Shown here piece by piece: positions 15,239 through 18,817 of a stretch of 18,817 bases of DNA. The stretch lies in assembly GCA_039680575.1 (NCBI GenBank), contig JBDKSP010000034.1, positions 1 through 18,817 on the forward strand, read 5' to 3'. The position numbers and the translations under genes were made by a program. Each line of letters opens with the position of its first letter. Position 1 is the first letter of the stretch. The notes under the pieces are model-generated. The model searched no databases. It worked only from the letters and a program-made list of their open reading frames with translations, and was not told the DNA's origin. The DNA is from Armatimonadota bacterium (lineage in GTDB: Bacteria > Armatimonadota > UBA5829 > DTLH01).

Positions 15239-15421
15239 TTGGCACAGGTACAGGTAAAGCCTAATGAGCCTCTTGACAGCGCACTGAAGAGGTTTAAGAA
15301 AGCTCTGCAGCAGACCGGCGTTCTGAAAGAAGCCAGAGCTCATGAGCATTATGAAAAGCCTAGCGACAAAAGGCGTAAGGCCGAGGCGGCTCGAAAGCGC
15401 AAGATGCGCACTGGAAGATAA
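15239..15421 (+). CDS. rpsU: 30S ribosomal protein bS21
   Basis: [12 protein letters not shown]...[15 protein letters not shown] start 7 nt after AGGAGGAGGG. Context upstream of yqeY. Confidence 0.97.
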   Translation: MAQVQVKPNEPLDSALKRFKKALQQTGVLKEARAHEHYEKPSDKRRKAEAARKRKMRTGR

Positions 15422-15500
15422 GTTAAGCACCTTGTGTGATTTTATTGGGCCTGGAGCCGTCGGCTCTGTTTAATGGGAGATACGGGTCCGGGTGACAAAC

Positions 15501-15947
15501 ATGTCGCATAAAGAAAAACTACAAAACGATCTTAAAACTGCAATGAAGGCGAGGGATGAGTTGAGAACATCAACGATTCGCCTCGCCCTCTCGGCAGTTA
15601 GGAACTTAGAAATCGATAAAGGTCGGGAACTAACAGACGAGGAGACTCTGGAAGTACTCGCGAAAGAAGCAAAAAGTCGACGCGAGAGCATTGAAGGGGC
15701 TGAAAAAGCTGGTCGTCCTGATATTGCAACTAAGGAGGCACAAGAACTCGAGATCCTGACCGTTTATATGCCTAAACAACTTGGTGAGGCCGAAATAGAG
15801 CAGCTAGCAAAAGACGCTGCTGCTGAAGTCGGCGCTATCGATCTTAAAGACCGTGGCCGTGTGATGAGCGCGCTTATGCCCCGTGTAAAAGGTCGAGCAG
15901 ACGGAAAACTCGTAAGCCGGGTTGTCGAACGCATTTTACAGAGTTAA
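15501..15947 (+). CDS. yqeY: GatB/YqeY domain protein
   Basis: LQNDLKTAMKARD...IRL, KSRRESIE...AGR, YMPKQL, GRADGK. Typical position after rpsU. Alternative GTG start at 15492. Confidence 0.93.
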   Translation: MSHKEKLQNDLKTAMKARDELRTSTIRLALSAVRNLEIDKGRELTDEETLEVLAKEAKSRRESIEGAEKAGRPDIATKEAQELEILTVYMPKQLGEAEIEQLAKDAAAEVGAIDLKDRGRVMSALMPRVKGRADGKLVSRVVERILQS

Positions 15948-15958
15948 TTCCCGCAAAT

Positions 15959-18175
15959 ATGAAACCCCACTTGCCTCTGCCCAGTAGAGGTCGAAAAAAG
16001 AACTTCGAACGAAAAAGCATTAAGCGTCGGAGAGTAGATATCCAGCGGACAGGACTGGCAGTTGCCACTGTTTTAATATTGTCCTTTCTGCTTTGCATAC
16101 ATCTGCTCCCTGATAAGGTCACTCTCGCGCCTGGAGATATAGCCCCAGCAAATATCCGTGCCCACAGGTCCGTCAGATACAGTGACTCCTATGAGTTCAG
16201 AAAACAGCAGGCGGAGGCCGCGTCTTCAGTCAGCAAGGTGTACGATTACGTCCCGACAGCCCTGAACCAGTCGCTGCGCGATATAAGCGCGCTGTTCGAC
16301 GCTATCAGCGCCAGCCGTAATATCCAGGGGCAGTCAGCGGAAAACCGGGCTGCGCAGGCAAGAGCACAGATAAAGAACCGCGTGGGAATGAATGTGCCGC
16401 TGCAGCCGATTCTGACGCTTGTGTTGGCGCCGGAAAAAGTCTTCAGCCATGCAAAGGATGTAACTATAACGCTCGTCAGGAAGTCGATGTCCGGAGAAGT
16501 GAGGGACGATGTCTCCGAGATTTCCAAAATCCAGTCGCATGTGAGCTCTGCAGCCGAAGTATCACTCGGCAGCACAAGATATGCGGCAGCGGCGGCTGAT
16601 CTGGCAAGGCTTGTGATCCGCCCCAACATGATATTTGATTTTGAAAAGACAGCGGACGAAAGAGAACGGGCGCTGGAGAATGTGAAACCCGTCTATAAGG
16701 ACATACGGACTGGTGAACTGGTAATTGCAAAGGGAGAAGTGGTCACCCGGCAGCACATCGAGAAGTTCACGGCACTCGGACTCAGACAGCGGCGTGTGGA
16801 CTATCGCACGATATTCTCTATTACGGCGCTTGTATCGTTTTTGGTCGGGCTGGTAATCATCTACCTGGCGAGGTATCAACCTCCCATCTACCGGACGACA
16901 CGGCTCCTTGTGATGCTGTCGCTTGTCGTAACGGTCAGCATACTGGGGCTCAAAGTCGGCGGCGGGATGCTCGGCATCACATCGGGAGTGCAGCTCGCTT
17001 ACATAGGGATGATGTTCACGACTACCGCCGCGATGGTACTTGCCGCACTGCTCAACCCGCAGGTTGCAGTAATGATCGTTGCTGTGCTCTCTATCGCTGC
17101 CGGGCTCGTCACGAACTACGAGATGCGGTATGCTGCTTCGACGCTTATTTCGGGACTGGTCGCGATCTATGCGGTAGCAAATATCAGGGGAATCGGCGAC
17201 CTGATGAGGGCGCTCGGCGCGATTTCGATCACGAATGTGGCAATTGTCTGGATAATGGGCGGACTGCTTGGTGATTCAGCCATCGATATGGTAAGTTCTT
17301 CCTTATGGGCAATATTGCTCGTAGCGCTGCCCGCGACATCGCTTTTCTGGTATATTACATGGCTTCTCGAGCGTCCGTTTAAGGTTACAACGCACATTTC
17401 GCTTCTGGAACTTGCCGATACGAACAAACCGATACTAAAAAGACTGGTAGTCGAAGCGCCGGGGACTTACACACACAGTATGGCCGTCGGAAACCTGGCT
17501 GAGGCAGCGGCGGAAGCGATAGGCGCTGACGGACTGTTTGCCAAGGTTGCATCTTACTACCATGACATCGGCAAGATCAAGCGCCCGCACTTTTTCGTAG
17601 AAAACCAGAGCATAGAAAACGCGCATGACCGGCTGAACCCGACGCTTTCCGGGCTGGTTATAACATCTCACATAAAAGACGGGCTCGAGGTCGCAAGAGA
17701 GTCCAAACTGCCGCCGAGCATCCAGGACATAATTTTGCAGCATCATGGGACGTCGCTGGTGCAGTATTTCTTTAACCAGGCGACCGAGCAGATTGAGCCG
17801 TCGCCGCTTCTTGAACAGCAGTTCAGGTATGAAGGTCCCAAGCCTCAGTCGAAGGAAGCTGCGATAATAATGCTTGCGGACTCCGTGGAAGCAGCATCCA
17901 GGAGCCTTGCGAAGCCGACGATCCCGCTGCTTGAATCGCTGGTCGAAAAAATAATCGCAGATAAATTAGGAGACGGGCAGTTGGATGAATCGGAACTGAC
18001 TTTCCGTGACATCGGTATCGTCAGGGATGCGTTTATCCACACTCTGGCCGGTACGCTTCATGCCCGGATAGAATATCAGGACTCCGTCTCATCGGAGAAC
18101 GGCAAGGTAACGGTAAATGGAAATTCTGATCAGGAACTCGCAGGCACTTCCGGTAAAGCAGAAGAGACTGACTGA
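15959..18175 (+). CDS. pgpH: 7TM-HD (HDIG) phosphohydrolase, PgpH-like cyclic di-AMP phosphodiesterase
   Basis: N-terminal TM, 7TMR-HDED extracytoplasmic domain, multi-TM region, LLELAD...EAPGTYTHS, YYHDIGK, HHGT, FRYEGPKPQSKEAAIIMLADSVEAA. Confidence 0.9.
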   Translation: MKPHLPLPSRGRKKNFERKSIKRRRVDIQRTGLAVATVLILSFLLCIHLLPDKVTLAPGDIAPANIRAHRSVRYSDSYEFRKQQAEAASSVSKVYDYVPTALNQSLRDISALFDAISASRNIQGQSAENRAAQARAQIKNRVGMNVPLQPILTLVLAPEKVFSHAKDVTITLVRKSMSGEVRDDVSEISKIQSHVSSAAEVSLGSTRYAAAAADLARLVIRPNMIFDFEKTADERERALENVKPVYKDIRTGELVIAKGEVVTRQHIEKFTALGLRQRRVDYRTIFSITALVSFLVGLVIIYLARYQPPIYRTTRLLVMLSLVVTVSILGLKVGGGMLGITSGVQLAYIGMMFTTTAAMVLAALLNPQVAVMIVAVLSIAAGLVTNYEMRYAASTLISGLVAIYAVANIRGIGDLMRALGAISITNVAIVWIMGGLLGDSAIDMVSSSLWAILLVALPATSLFWYITWLLERPFKVTTHISLLELADTNKPILKRLVVEAPGTYTHSMAVGNLAEAAAEAIGADGLFAKVASYYHDIGKIKRPHFFVENQSIENAHDRLNPTLSGLVITSHIKDGLEVARESKLPPSIQDIILQHHGTSLVQYFFNQATEQIEPSPLLEQQFRYEGPKPQSKEAAIIMLADSVEAASRSLAKPTIPLLESLVEKIIADKLGDGQLDESELTFRDIGIVRDAFIHTLAGTLHARIEYQDSVSSENGKVTVNGNSDQELAGTSGKAEETD

Positions 18176-18548
18176 GACAGCGGAAAAGATGCTGCGCGCC
18201 GAAGGCTGCCCGGAGTCATCGGAAGTGAGCATACTTCTTATCGATGATGAAGGCATTACCGAGCTCAATCGCGAATATCTCGGTAAGGACCGCCCTACGG
18301 ATGTATTATCGTTCTATCAGTCTGAGGATCCTGAAGAGCGGGAAGATGTGCTGGGCGACATAGTCGTCTCTGTAGAGACCGCCAAACGGCAGGCTGAGGA
18401 GAGAGAAAAGAGCCTGGACGAAGAATTGGACCTTCTCGTGGCTCATGGTATACTTCATCTACTCGGTTATACCGATTATACTGAAGAGACAGCCCTGCGA
18501 ATGCAGGAAAGAGCCGCAGAGGTTATCGGACCAGAAGCAGCAAGGTAA
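18117..18548 (+). CDS. ybeY: rRNA maturation endoribonuclease YbeY
   Basis: LNREYLGKDRPTDVLSF, LGDIVVS, HGILHLLGY. Conserved position after pgpH; overlaps it by 59 nt. Confidence 0.95.
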   Translation: MEILIRNSQALPVKQKRLTETAEKMLRAEGCPESSEVSILLIDDEGITELNREYLGKDRPTDVLSFYQSEDPEEREDVLGDIVVSVETAKRQAEEREKSLDEELDLLVAHGILHLLGYTDYTEETALRMQERAAEVIGPEAAR

Positions 18549-18606
18549 TTTTGGGATAGATAGGATACGAAATTTAGGGATTGGTGGATGTCGTTCCGAA
18601 GCAACA

Positions 18607-18770
18607 ACGTCATACTGAGCTTGACTCGGAATCCAGGAAGAAAATGGACCCTGAATCTATGGATTTTCGGCTATTTTTATGCTGTGGGAACTATAGATTT
18701 TCGGCTGATTAATTAACGGCCAATCATATATTGGCTGTTGCCGAAAATCTTCCGGAAGAGTTTCAGGTAT
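18607..18770. repeat. Nested palindromic REP-like element, right copy (inverted relative to left copy, with extra inserts)
   Basis: 18607-18674 is the reverse complement of 59-126 (63/68). 18740-18769 is the reverse complement of 27-57 (one indel, one mismatch). The two blocks are separated by a 65-bp insert. Confidence 0.85.
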
Positions 18771-18817
18771 AAGTGTAAAATCAACAGATAAAGCTACATC
18801 AGAGAACTTTTATATAG

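Noticed and set aside
18657..18750. CRISPR-like repeat-spacer pattern (gattttcggct twice)
   Set aside because: Only two short partial direct copies, no regular period and no cas genes. Nested insertion explains it.
1..18817. Composite transposon or genomic island defined by terminal inverted repeats
   Set aside because: Cargo is core housekeeping (recG, rpsU, ybeY, mtaB) with no transposase or integrase. The repeats look like dispersed REP-type elements.

Overview
Mostly housekeeping bacterial chromosomal DNA. It carries recG (-), pepA, an orphan low-GC beta-propeller gene, a NAGPA-type phosphodiester glycosidase, then a LonC-type protease, an AI-2E transporter and a GH42-like hydrolase (all -), a second beta-propeller gene, and a reduced mtaB-HIT-rpsU-yqeY-pgpH-ybeY cluster. 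The gene order is Terrabacteria-like; Armatimonadota is only a tentative guess. No transposase, integrase, phage gene, tRNA/rRNA or CRISPR array was seen. The most interesting signals are non-coding. (1) Both window ends carry inverted copies of a nested ('Russian-doll') palindromic REP-like element at different insertion depths. (2) A ~200-nt, G-U-supported structured RNA candidate lies between recG and pepA. (3) Two SigB/SigF-type promoters precede the lonC-like and AI-2E genes. (4) A promoter-terminator unit sits directly before SD-less mtaB. (5) The rpsU leader looks switch-like. All folds and family calls were made by eye, with no database searches.
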